From: an uncultured Eubacteriales bacterium
GTDB lineage: Bacteria; Bacillota; Clostridia; Christensenellales; Aristaeellaceae
Length of the DNA: 64,000 bases
Direction: 5' to 3'
NCBI GenBank assembly: GCA_902765305.1
Contig: CACWZI010000014.1
Span: 886-64,885, forward strand
A program made the position numbers and the translations under genes. This document shows, one piece after another, positions 10,104 through 18,321 of this stretch. The stretch's first letter is position 1; each line of letters begins with the position of its first letter. The notes beneath the pieces are model-generated. The model was given only the letters and a program-made list of their open reading frames with translations, made no database searches and was not told the origin of the DNA.

Positions 10104-10132
10104 ATTATATCATAATTGCGCAATAATTGCAA
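10104..10132 (-). promoter_or_regulatory. Sigma-A type promoter for rsmD: TTGCAA, 17 nt spacer, TGaTATAAT (extended -10)
   Basis: Minus strand: -35 TTGCAA at 10132-10127, 17-nt spacer, TG at 10112-10111, -10 TATAAT at 10109-10104. Confidence 0.6.
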
Positions 10133-10151
10133 TCGGTTTTTCGAAAAAATA

Positions 10152-10799
10152 TCAAATTTCAGGCCGTTGCGACCTGGGCGTGGCTTTTTTGCGCGCCACA
10201 CGGGACTTTGCCTTGGCCCTGCGCCGTCCCTCGGCCATGGCCTTTTCCGATTTCGCCCACAGCTTTGGACCCTGCATATAGCCCGCGAAGGTGCACAGCG
10301 GCAGCACGAACGGCGAGATCATCAATACCGCCACGACCGGACCCGTCAGGCGATCGAAGGTCTGGCTGAAGGGCAGCATCGCCGGCCAGAAGGGCAGGGC
10401 GACCACCCAGGATACCAGCCGCATGATCACATTCGCCGGATAGAGCTTCAAAAGGGACAACACGATATAGACGCAACCCACGACATAGGGCACCAGCGCC
10501 GAAGCCAACACGCCCTTCACGCCCGTGGACATGCTCCAAGCGCGCTTTTGCACCTTTTCGTCCACCTGGCCATAGGAGGGGCTCTGCGGGTCTCTGGCCT
10601 TTTCCACCGTCTGCAATATGCTGCAGGCTTCATGCCCGAAGCCCATGCCCTGGCGGTACGTCATGAACAGGGCCCCCGCCAGCAGGATCAGCCCCAGCAC
10701 CATCCAGGGCGTGGTGCCCAGCCCGAACAGCGCCAGGTTCACCACGATCAGGAGGATCAGGGTCACTGCGTTGGCCTTCCACATATCCATTGTGCTCAT
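10152..10799 (-). CDS. Integral membrane protein of unknown function with a basic C-terminal tail
   Basis: Five to six hydrophobic segments. C-terminus is AEGRRRAKAKSRVARKKATPRSQRPEI. RBS AGGAG lies 8 nt upstream. Starts 11 nt after the alr stop, so probably co-transcribed with alr. Confidence 0.6.
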   Translation of the reverse strand: MSTMDMWKANAVTLILLIVVNLALFGLGTTPWMVLGLILLAGALFMTYRQGMGFGHEACSILQTVEKARDPQSPSYGQVDEKVQKRAWSMSTGVKGVLASALVPYVVGCVYIVLSLLKLYPANVIMRLVSWVVALPFWPAMLPFSQTFDRLTGPVVAVLMISPFVLPLCTFAGYMQGPKLWAKSEKAMAEGRRRAKAKSRVARKKATPRSQRPEI

Positions 10800-10810
10800 G
10801 GTACAATCTC

Positions 10811-11893
10811 CTAATCGACGACTTCCACGGGGATTCGCTCGGCAAAGCCCAGCATGATCTCATATGGAATCGTTTCCGCCAATTCAGCCAGCTCGTCCGG
10901 GGTGATGCGCTGATCTCCCTGGCCGCCCAGCAGTACCACCTCGTCGTCCAGGTCCACGCCGGGAATGTCGGTGACGTCCGCCATCACCATGTCCATGCAG
11001 ACCCTGCCGATCAGCGGCGCGCGCTTCCCCCGCACCAGCACCGACGCGCGATTGCTGAGGATGCGGGGATAGCCGTCACCATAGCCGATGGGCAGCGTCA
11101 TCACCAGCGTATCCCGAGCGGCGGTGAAGGTTCGCCCATAGCCCACCGTATCTCCCGCCGCGATCCACTGCAGGCGGATGGGCCGGGTGACGAGGGTCTG
11201 GGCCCAGGTCAGCGCCTTCGCCAGTTCGGGCACGCAGCTGCCGTACAGCACGATTCCGGGCCGCACCATGTCGTATTGCAGCGCCGGGTCCAGCATGGCG
11301 GTGGAGGCCGCCGCATGGGCGATGGGGCTGAAGCCCGCCTGGCGAACCGTCGCCAGCGCCTCCGAGAAGCGCTTGTTTTGCCGGGCCGTGAATACCGGAT
11401 CGGTATCTGCCACGCAAAAGTGAGTGAAGACGCCCTCCATCTCCACCTCCGGGCAGCGGCGCCACCAGGCCAGCATGGCGGACAGGTCCTCTTCGCCCCG
11501 CACCCCCACGCGGGACATGCCCGTGTCGATCTTCAGATGGGCCAGCGCCCGCCTTCCGCAGCGAACCGCCTCATCCTGCATGATTTCCAGCATCCGGGGC
11601 GTGTATACCGCCTGGGACACCCCGGCGCGCACCGCCTGGCGCAGCGAAGCCTCGCCCGCGCCGCCCAGCACCAGTATCATGCTGTCGATCCCGGCGCCGC
11701 GAAGCACCTCGGCTTCCTCTACGATGGCCACCGCGAAGGCGTCGGCCCCGGCGTTCAGCAGCTTTTTCGCTGTCCGAACGCTGTCATGGCCGTAGGCGTC
11801 GGCCTTGACCACGCACATCATGCGCACCCTTTCGGGGATGTGGGCGCGAATCGCCCTGGCGTTGGCGGCGATGGCGTCGGTGGATATCTTCAT
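10811..11893 (-). CDS. alr: Alanine racemase
   Basis: PLP-lysine motif VVKADAYGHD and C-terminal RVCMDMVMADVT. Overall length is about 360 aa. The start is uncertain: ATG at 11893 is used, TTG at 11908 is closer to the GGAGG, and the ORF extends to 11992. Confidence 0.85.
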   Translation of the reverse strand: MKISTDAIAANARAIRAHIPERVRMMCVVKADAYGHDSVRTAKKLLNAGADAFAVAIVEEAEVLRGAGIDSMILVLGGAGEASLRQAVRAGVSQAVYTPRMLEIMQDEAVRCGRRALAHLKIDTGMSRVGVRGEEDLSAMLAWWRRCPEVEMEGVFTHFCVADTDPVFTARQNKRFSEALATVRQAGFSPIAHAAASTAMLDPALQYDMVRPGIVLYGSCVPELAKALTWAQTLVTRPIRLQWIAAGDTVGYGRTFTAARDTLVMTLPIGYGDGYPRILSNRASVLVRGKRAPLIGRVCMDMVMADVTDIPGVDLDDEVVLLGGQGDQRITPDELAELAETIPYEIMLGFAERIPVEVVD

Positions 11894-12058
11894 GATCGTG
11901 GGTCTCAAGGCGCTGCCTCCCCCGCCGTTTCCGGCGAATTGATGCTCGGGCGAAGGGACGGAAACAGCCCTCCACCTCCGCTGAATATACATTATATCTC
12001 AACTGTGTCCAAATTGCAATAAGAATGTCCAATTGTCGTCATTTTTAATGTTTGCTTA

Positions 12059-12087
12059 TTGCAAATCCACGGCCGGGCGTGTATACT
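12059..12087 (+). promoter_or_regulatory. Sigma-A type promoter: TTGCAA, 17 nt spacer, TATACT
   Basis: -35 at 12059-12064, -10 at 12082-12087. GGAGG at 12112-12116 precedes the ATG at 12123. The -35 lies within the right arm of a 10-bp inverted repeat, ttgcaataag (12014-12023) / cttattgcaa (12055-12064). Confidence 0.5.
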
Positions 12088-12122
12088 ATATGATATATGC
12101 GGTTTACTTGTGGAGGTAGTCT

Positions 12123-13055
12123 ATGGCCATTCGGGATTTGATGAACAATTATTTTTACGGCAAGCAGGGCAAGGGCGACTATACCGTGGCGGATATGCCC
12201 CAGAACCGCCTGGCGCTCTTCGGCGAGGTATTGAAGGTGCGCTGGAGCGGCCTCTTCGGGGTCAACCTGCTGTACATGGTCACCTGGATCCCCGCCATCG
12301 CATGGACCTTTATAAACGTACTGGCGCTCTACAACCTGCTGAACGCCGAGGCGGGGGTATCCGGTGACGACATCATCGGCCTGATGAACACCTGGCTGAT
12401 GGTCATGATCCCCTGCATCGCCATAACGGGGCCCTTCAACGCGGGCGTGACCTATGTGCTGCGCAACTGGGCCCGGGACGAGCACAGCTTCGTGCTCAGC
12501 GACTTCAAGGACGCCCTGAAGGCCAACTGGAAGCAGGCGCTGGTGATCTCGCTGATCGACGGCGTGATGCCCTTCCTGGTGGTGACCTGCTGGCGCTTCT
12601 ACAGCGGCATGCTGAGCCGGAGCATGATCTTCATACTGCCCGCGGCGCTGACGCTGCTGATGGGCGTGACCTGGACGCTGGCGAGCATGCTGGCCTACCC
12701 GATGCTGATCACCTACGAGCTGAAGACCCTGGATGTCATCCGAAACTCGGTGCTGATGACCGTGGCAAAGCTGCCCTTCGCGCTGCTGATCAAGCTGGCC
12801 ACGCTTATCGTTCCCGCCCTGGCCTATGGGCTGATGGCGCTGATTCCGAACATTCAGATGCAGGTGTTGATGGTGGTGGTACTGCTGTACCTGACCTTCA
12901 TGGTGGCCTTCAACAAGCTGATCACCGTTTCCTATGCCAACTGGCTGTTCGAAACCTACCTGAACCCGAGGATCGAAGGCGCGCGCACGAACATCGGCCT
13001 GCGCCCGGAGAACTGGGATGATGTGACCTATATTCCGGAGGATGACGAAAAGTGA
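12123..13055 (+). CDS. YesL/DUF624-family membrane protein
   Basis: The N-terminus NNYFYGKQGKGDYTVADMPQNRLALFGEVLKVRWSGLFGVNLLYMVTWIPAI is typical of DUF624. Six hydrophobic segments. Confidence 0.6.
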   Translation: MAIRDLMNNYFYGKQGKGDYTVADMPQNRLALFGEVLKVRWSGLFGVNLLYMVTWIPAIAWTFINVLALYNLLNAEAGVSGDDIIGLMNTWLMVMIPCIAITGPFNAGVTYVLRNWARDEHSFVLSDFKDALKANWKQALVISLIDGVMPFLVVTCWRFYSGMLSRSMIFILPAALTLLMGVTWTLASMLAYPMLITYELKTLDVIRNSVLMTVAKLPFALLIKLATLIVPALAYGLMALIPNIQMQVLMVVVLLYLTFMVAFNKLITVSYANWLFETYLNPRIEGARTNIGLRPENWDDVTYIPEDDEK

Positions 13056-14266
13056 CGCCCTTGGAACTGCTCTGTCCCGCCGGGGACATGGAATGCCTGC
13101 GCGCGGCGCTGCGCTTCGGCGCGGACGCAGTTTACGTGGGCGGGCCACAGCTGCAGCTGCGCGCGGCGAACGCGGGCTTCTCGATGGATGCGCTGGCCCA
13201 GGCCGTAAAGGAAACCCACGCCCTGGGACGCAGGCTTTACGTGACCGTCAACGCCTTTCCCACCAACGACGAACTGGAGGCCCTGGGCGACTACGCCCAG
13301 GGCCTGTTTGCGTTGGGCGTGGACGCCGCCATCGTGGCCGACCTGGGGGCCGTGGCCGTGATGCGCAAGGCCGCGCCGAACCTGCCCATCCACATCAGCA
13401 CCCAGGCCAATTGCCTGAATTGGGCCGCCGCCACGGCTTGGTACGAGCTGGGCGCCAGCCGCGTGGTGCTGGCCCGGGAGATGACCCTTGAGCAAATCGG
13501 GCAGCTGCGGGCCCATACGCCCGCCGCGCTGGAGCTTGAGGCTTTTGTGCACGGGGCGATGTGCATGGCCTGGTCGGGCCGCTGCATGATCAGCGCCTAC
13601 CTCACCGGGCGCAGCGCCAACCGAGGCGGCTGCACCCAGTCCTGCCGCTGGCGCTACCATCTGGTGGAAGAAAAGCGTCCCGGCGAGTTTTTCCCCGTCG
13701 AGGAGGATGACCGGGGCACCACCATCCTCAGCTCCCACGACCTGAACTGCCTGGATTTTCTGGACCAAATCGCCGCGGCCGGCGTCACGTCCTTCAAGAT
13801 CGAGGGTCGCATGAAGTCGCCCTATTACGTGGCCACGGTGACCAACGCCTACCGCCAGCGGCTGGACGGACTGGCAAACGGCCCGGCCAGCAGCGAATTC
13901 CTGGCCCTGCTGCAGCGGGAGCTGGACGCCGTCAGCCACCGGACCTACGCCAGCGGATTCTATTTCGGCCAGATGCGGCGCCACGCCCCCGACGACGGTG
14001 TCTACCGCCAGGACTGCGTGTTCGCTGGCGTGGTCATGGAACGCCTGGACAGCGGTCGGGTGCGCATCCAGCTGCGCAACCCCATTCACAGGGGCGACGT
14101 GCTGGAGGTACTCTCCCCTGGCAGCCTGGGGCGCACCCTCCTCGCTGAAGGCCTGACCACCCCCGATGGGAGGGCCCTGGCGCAGGCGGTCGAGCCCATG
14201 GTCCTGTTCGATATGGACGCGCCGCCGGAGCTGGCGGCTGGCGACATGCTGAGAAAGCGCCTCTGA
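13052..14266 (+). CDS. Peptidase U32 family protein (collagenase-like PrtC type)
   Basis: LELLCPAGDMECLRAALRFGADAVYVGG and the U32 signature EAFVHGAMCMAWSGRCMISAYL. The GTG start overlaps the upstream stop (GTGA). Confidence 0.8.
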   Translation: MTPLELLCPAGDMECLRAALRFGADAVYVGGPQLQLRAANAGFSMDALAQAVKETHALGRRLYVTVNAFPTNDELEALGDYAQGLFALGVDAAIVADLGAVAVMRKAAPNLPIHISTQANCLNWAAATAWYELGASRVVLAREMTLEQIGQLRAHTPAALELEAFVHGAMCMAWSGRCMISAYLTGRSANRGGCTQSCRWRYHLVEEKRPGEFFPVEEDDRGTTILSSHDLNCLDFLDQIAAAGVTSFKIEGRMKSPYYVATVTNAYRQRLDGLANGPASSEFLALLQRELDAVSHRTYASGFYFGQMRRHAPDDGVYRQDCVFAGVVMERLDSGRVRIQLRNPIHRGDVLEVLSPGSLGRTLLAEGLTTPDGRALAQAVEPMVLFDMDAPPELAAGDMLRKRL

Positions 14267-14530
14267 GCATGCTTCACTAGCGTTCGGCTTGTGACGGTAT
14301 TTCAAACAATTTCTTCCAAAATCGTCTGACCCCCAACCGGCGCAGCGCTCTGCCGCTACACCGACCGGGAGTCAGTGGTTTTTTATTCTGTCCGGCCTTG
14401 CCGGTACCTTGATGTTATCAAAAAATTATGAACCAGTCATGAACTCAGCAGGGTAAATATTCGCCTTTTGTCCGGCCTTCGCGTGCCGCTTCATCGATGG
14501 CTCCGCTGTTCCGCTTCACTGCTCCGGCGC

Positions 14531-15163
14531 TTATCGCCTGCCAAAGTCCTTGATGATCACCATCTCGATCCGGTCACCCTTGACGCCAACGACCACGTCG
14601 TCGGCCAGCTTGCCCACGATGGATTTTTCCAACTCGTTCCAGGCTTCCCCGGCATCCTCATCGATATTGCGCTGCTCCCCCAAGCCGTTGCGATAGGTCT
14701 GAAGCGTCCAAATGGGCACCATGTTATCCACGGCCAGGCTGCCGACCTCAGCGGGGTTGACGATACCGTACCTGGCCACTTCGCGGCCATAGTCGTTCAT
14801 GGACCGGCCGAAACTGTGCATCGCGCCGGAGAGCACGTCTTTAAGCATGCCCATAAAGCCCTTCGCGGCGGCATTCCTGCCCGTGCTTGACACCGAGAGC
14901 AGCTCCTCCCGCCGGTCGGCATTCATGTCCGCGGTGGCCTGCAGGTGGATTTCACAGCGCTCGCCCTCGGCTTCAAACCAGAGCTGTCCGTAGAAATCAT
15001 CCACCATGGCCTTGACCATGCCCAGCGTCTCCTCGGTCAGAAGCTCCAGACGCAGCACATCATGCCTGTCCAGGCCGAGCCCGCGGGCAAAGTCCTCCGC
15101 CGAATACCGGGTCGCCGCCAGGCGTCCGGCATCGCTGTTGAGCATAAACACATCCGATTTCAT
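14531..15163 (-). CDS. Hypothetical cytoplasmic protein
   Basis: Clean ORF. ATG at 15163 is preceded by GGGAGG at 8 nt. No motif recognised. Confidence 0.5.
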   Translation of the reverse strand: MKSDVFMLNSDAGRLAATRYSAEDFARGLGLDRHDVLRLELLTEETLGMVKAMVDDFYGQLWFEAEGERCEIHLQATADMNADRREELLSVSSTGRNAAAKGFMGMLKDVLSGAMHSFGRSMNDYGREVARYGIVNPAEVGSLAVDNMVPIWTLQTYRNGLGEQRNIDEDAGEAWNELEKSIVGKLADDVVVGVKGDRIEMVIIKDFGRR

Positions 15164-15179
15164 CCGTATAACCTCCCAT

Positions 15180-17036
15180 TCATGTCCGTCCTGCATCCGT
15201 GTTCTCGTCAAACACTGCCACTTCAGTGGGGTTGATCATGTCCAACTCGTTTGTGATCCCATCCCCCTTGTTGGGGTTGATGAACGAATAGACCAGATCC
15301 GCAGTGAAGCAGACCATCAAAATCAGGCACACGCACACCAGCAGCCTGGGCTTCAGCCGCATCGTCATCGCGTCAATGGCGGGCACCAGCAGGTAGACCG
15401 CCGTCATGCCCCCCAGCATGAACACCACCAGTCCCTCGCCGCAGATCCTGCCGTGCAGGTTCAGGAAATAGCCGGTGTAATCCCACCAGCGCATGCCGGT
15501 GATCTGCTCGGTGACGAAGGACGTCATGTACTCCACGAAGCCGCACAGCACGATGATGGCCAGTGCCTCCAGCACAGGTTTGGAGCGGAACCGATTCAGC
15601 AGCACGGCGATCATCACCACCCCGAACCCATATATGGGCAGCCAGGGTCCGTGCAGCATGCCCCGGTTGGAAAATTGGCCGAAGCGAATCAGGTTCAGGG
15701 CCACCTCCCATACCCAGCCCACCATGCAGAAGGCGAAGAATACCATCACCAGCGTCCACACCGTGCATGGGTTCAGGTAGCTGATGTGGCCCGCGATGCT
15801 GGACTGGGACTTGTCCCACAGGGGGTTCATTCGCCGGGGATAGGCCTTGCCGTTCATCTCCAGGCGCTCCACCGACGTCTGCCGGCGCAATCCCGCCTGG
15901 CGTCCGTAGACCTTTTTTTCCTCGATGGTCCCCATCCATATGCCGAAGTTCCGGGCGAAGAGGCGCTTCACCGGAGGCAGCTCCACGATGTCCTCCATGA
16001 TGATGTCCTCCGTGCGGGCGATGTCGGCATAGCGTTCGCGCAGCGTTTCGGCGTCCGCGGGTTTGTACAGGCAATCGTCATTCAGCTGCCCCACGCCCTC
16101 GATCCCCCGCCGCTTCGCCTGAGCGCGCACCGCGACATAGTATTCGGTATAGCTCGCCACACGATAGGGCACGCCCCACAGCACGTCCACCGCGCCAAAG
16201 GTCACGAAGCCCAGCGCGAACCAGCCCAGGAAGGACAGCTCCAGCTTGCAGCACTCCCACTTATGGCCGTCCATCATCCGCCGGGACAGCAGTATGGCAT
16301 CCTTCGGCTTGATATCCGGGTTTTCAGCCACGATGAAGGGCACCAGGAAGTAAGAGTAGTGCTTGATGATGCCGCCTACGATCGTCAGGTACCAGAGCGC
16401 CTCATAGACGGTTTCCAGCAGCAACGTCAGCGCCGCCCGCCTCCAGCGCTTGACCAGCCGGATGTGCAGCAGATGGGTCGGGGGAACGATCTGATAGCGC
16501 CGCGCCTCCAGCGTGCCCCGGCGCAGCACCGCCCGATAGGCATTGCGCAGAAAGGCCCATACCGCAAGGTACAGCAATAGTCCGCCCAGCACCAGCAGCA
16601 TCGAGGAGACCTTCTTCGTATGGATCGCGCTGTGCACCGCTGTGCTGATCATGGCGACCACGTTCCCCGAGCTGACGTTGTTCACCAGCGCTGCCAACAC
16701 GCCCCTTTGGCGGCCCAGGACCGACCTTGCGCTTGTGGCCTGCTTGATCAGCGCCATGCGCTCGGCGGCCCTTATATTGCCGGCCTCGATGTTGTCGTCG
16801 ATAACGTCGCTCACGACCTTGCGCCAAACGCTGCGACTGTTACCGATACCTATGCCCTCCAGCGCGACCTGGATCTGCCGGCCCCTGAGGAACTCGTACC
16901 AGGTCTGGGCGTTGTTCAGCACATTGTTGAACTCGGTGCCCACGAAGATAGAAATGGCGCACAGCAAGGTCAGCAGCACGTAATGGCGCTTGACGCAGCT
17001 TCGGGCATTCTGTCGGATTTGCTTCAGGTCAATCAT
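15180..17036 (-). CDS. Polytopic membrane protein, apparent fusion of a DUF975-like N-terminal half and a CmpB-type (PF06541-like, putative ABC-transporter type IV) C-terminal half
   Basis: N-terminus MIDLKQIRQNARSCVKRHYVLLTLLCAI is DUF975-like. The C-terminal FFAFCMVGWVWEVALNLIRFGQFSNRGMLHGPWLPIYGFGVV resembles the CmpB family motif. Confidence 0.5.
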   Translation of the reverse strand: MIDLKQIRQNARSCVKRHYVLLTLLCAISIFVGTEFNNVLNNAQTWYEFLRGRQIQVALEGIGIGNSRSVWRKVVSDVIDDNIEAGNIRAAERMALIKQATSARSVLGRQRGVLAALVNNVSSGNVVAMISTAVHSAIHTKKVSSMLLVLGGLLLYLAVWAFLRNAYRAVLRRGTLEARRYQIVPPTHLLHIRLVKRWRRAALTLLLETVYEALWYLTIVGGIIKHYSYFLVPFIVAENPDIKPKDAILLSRRMMDGHKWECCKLELSFLGWFALGFVTFGAVDVLWGVPYRVASYTEYYVAVRAQAKRRGIEGVGQLNDDCLYKPADAETLRERYADIARTEDIIMEDIVELPPVKRLFARNFGIWMGTIEEKKVYGRQAGLRRQTSVERLEMNGKAYPRRMNPLWDKSQSSIAGHISYLNPCTVWTLVMVFFAFCMVGWVWEVALNLIRFGQFSNRGMLHGPWLPIYGFGVVMIAVLLNRFRSKPVLEALAIIVLCGFVEYMTSFVTEQITGMRWWDYTGYFLNLHGRICGEGLVVFMLGGMTAVYLLVPAIDAMTMRLKPRLLVCVCLILMVCFTADLVYSFINPNKGDGITNELDMINPTEVAVFDENTDAGRT

Positions 17037-17048
17037 CGGGTGATACCC

Positions 17049-18221
17049 CTATCGTTTGAATTTCAGGTTGACGACGGACACCTCGCTGTCGGTGCCCACA
17101 CGCATCGGCGGGCCGTAGTAGCCCACGCCGGCGGTGACTACGGTCTCCAGGTCGTGCACCCGGGCATAGCCCCAGGCGTTTTCGTTGAAGAAGGGCACCA
17201 CCAGGTTCCCGGGGAACATCTGACCCGCGTGGGTGTGGCCGCAGAGGGCCACGTCCGCGCCGGCCTCCTTCAGCGCCTTGAACTCCTTGGGCTCGTGCTC
17301 CAGCACCACCACGGGCAGGCTCTGGTCGATGCCGGACAGCAGCTGGGCCGGCGTCATGCGATTGGCGGTGCCGTCTCCGGCCTTTTCGCCGTCCACGCGG
17401 CCCGCCAGCTGCACACCGCCGATGTCGACCACCTGATCGTACAGCACGGTGAAGCCGCAGTCCTTGAAGAATTCCTCCATCTGGGCCGTGCGGAAGGCCT
17501 GGCTGATGGGCGAGATCGGGAAGCCGCCGAACAGGGTCTCCTCCACGTCGTGGTTCCCATACACCGCGTATACGCCGTACTTCGACTGTATGCCCCGAAG
17601 GGCTTCTGCGTACTGCTCCGGATGGGCCAGGCCCTCATAGCTGCTGGTGAAGATATCGCCGGCGATCACCACCGCGTCGGGCTGCTCGGCGTTGATCAGC
17701 TCCACCATGCGCTGGGTGGTGGCCAGCTTCGAATTGACGCTCAGGTGCAGATCCCCGATCAGCACCACCTTCATGTCCTCGCCGGGCTTGTCCACCTCGA
17801 CGTCATAGCGATACACCACCGTGTTCTGGGCGTGAACCAGCCCGTAGCCCGTAACCGCCAGCGCCACGGCCAGGGAAAAGCACAGTATGCCCCCATACCA
17901 ATTCTTCGCAATCCGCCGCCCGCTGAGCCGCCGGATCAGCAGCATCACCCCCAGCAGCACCAGCAGCAGGAAGCCGAAGTACAGGTAAAAGCCCAGCCAT
18001 ACGTTGCCCGCAGCCTGGAGCGCAAACTTGACGGGACTGTTCGGCAGGAACGCCCCTGCGATCGGCACCAGCGTCAGTATGATGTACGGCACCAGCCAGA
18101 ACAGCTTGCGCAGGCCGAAATTCCAGGCGGTACGGGGCCAGCGCCTCAGGCACAGGTCGACCATATAGGCGGCCAGGGAAGCCAGTGCGACAAAGATGGC
18201 AATCAGTATGATGGGTGACAC
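17049..18221 (-). CDS. Membrane-anchored metallophosphoesterase (calcineurin-like, YkuE-like)
   Basis: Four N-terminal TM segments followed by VVLIGDLHLS, AGDIF, GNHD and LCGHTHAGQ phosphoesterase motifs. Confidence 0.8.
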   Translation of the reverse strand: MSPIILIAIFVALASLAAYMVDLCLRRWPRTAWNFGLRKLFWLVPYIILTLVPIAGAFLPNSPVKFALQAAGNVWLGFYLYFGFLLLVLLGVMLLIRRLSGRRIAKNWYGGILCFSLAVALAVTGYGLVHAQNTVVYRYDVEVDKPGEDMKVVLIGDLHLSVNSKLATTQRMVELINAEQPDAVVIAGDIFTSSYEGLAHPEQYAEALRGIQSKYGVYAVYGNHDVEETLFGGFPISPISQAFRTAQMEEFFKDCGFTVLYDQVVDIGGVQLAGRVDGEKAGDGTANRMTPAQLLSGIDQSLPVVVLEHEPKEFKALKEAGADVALCGHTHAGQMFPGNLVVPFFNENAWGYARVHDLETVVTAGVGYYGPPMRVGTDSEVSVVNLKFKR

Positions 18222-18249
18222 GGTCTTTTCTCCTTTGTGGCGATAAGTT

Positions 18250-18301
18250 TTATAAAACCCGAAAGGGGATTGCCGAAGCGAAGGTACCGCTCGGCAATCC
18301 C
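18250..18301 (-). terminator. Probable terminator after the M4 protease gene
   Basis: An 11-bp stem gggattgccga / tcggcaatccc (18266-18276 / 18291-18301), followed on the minus strand by ctttcgggttttat. The U tract is weak. Confidence 0.4.
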
Positions 18302-18321
18302 GTGATATTTGGTTTGGTCGT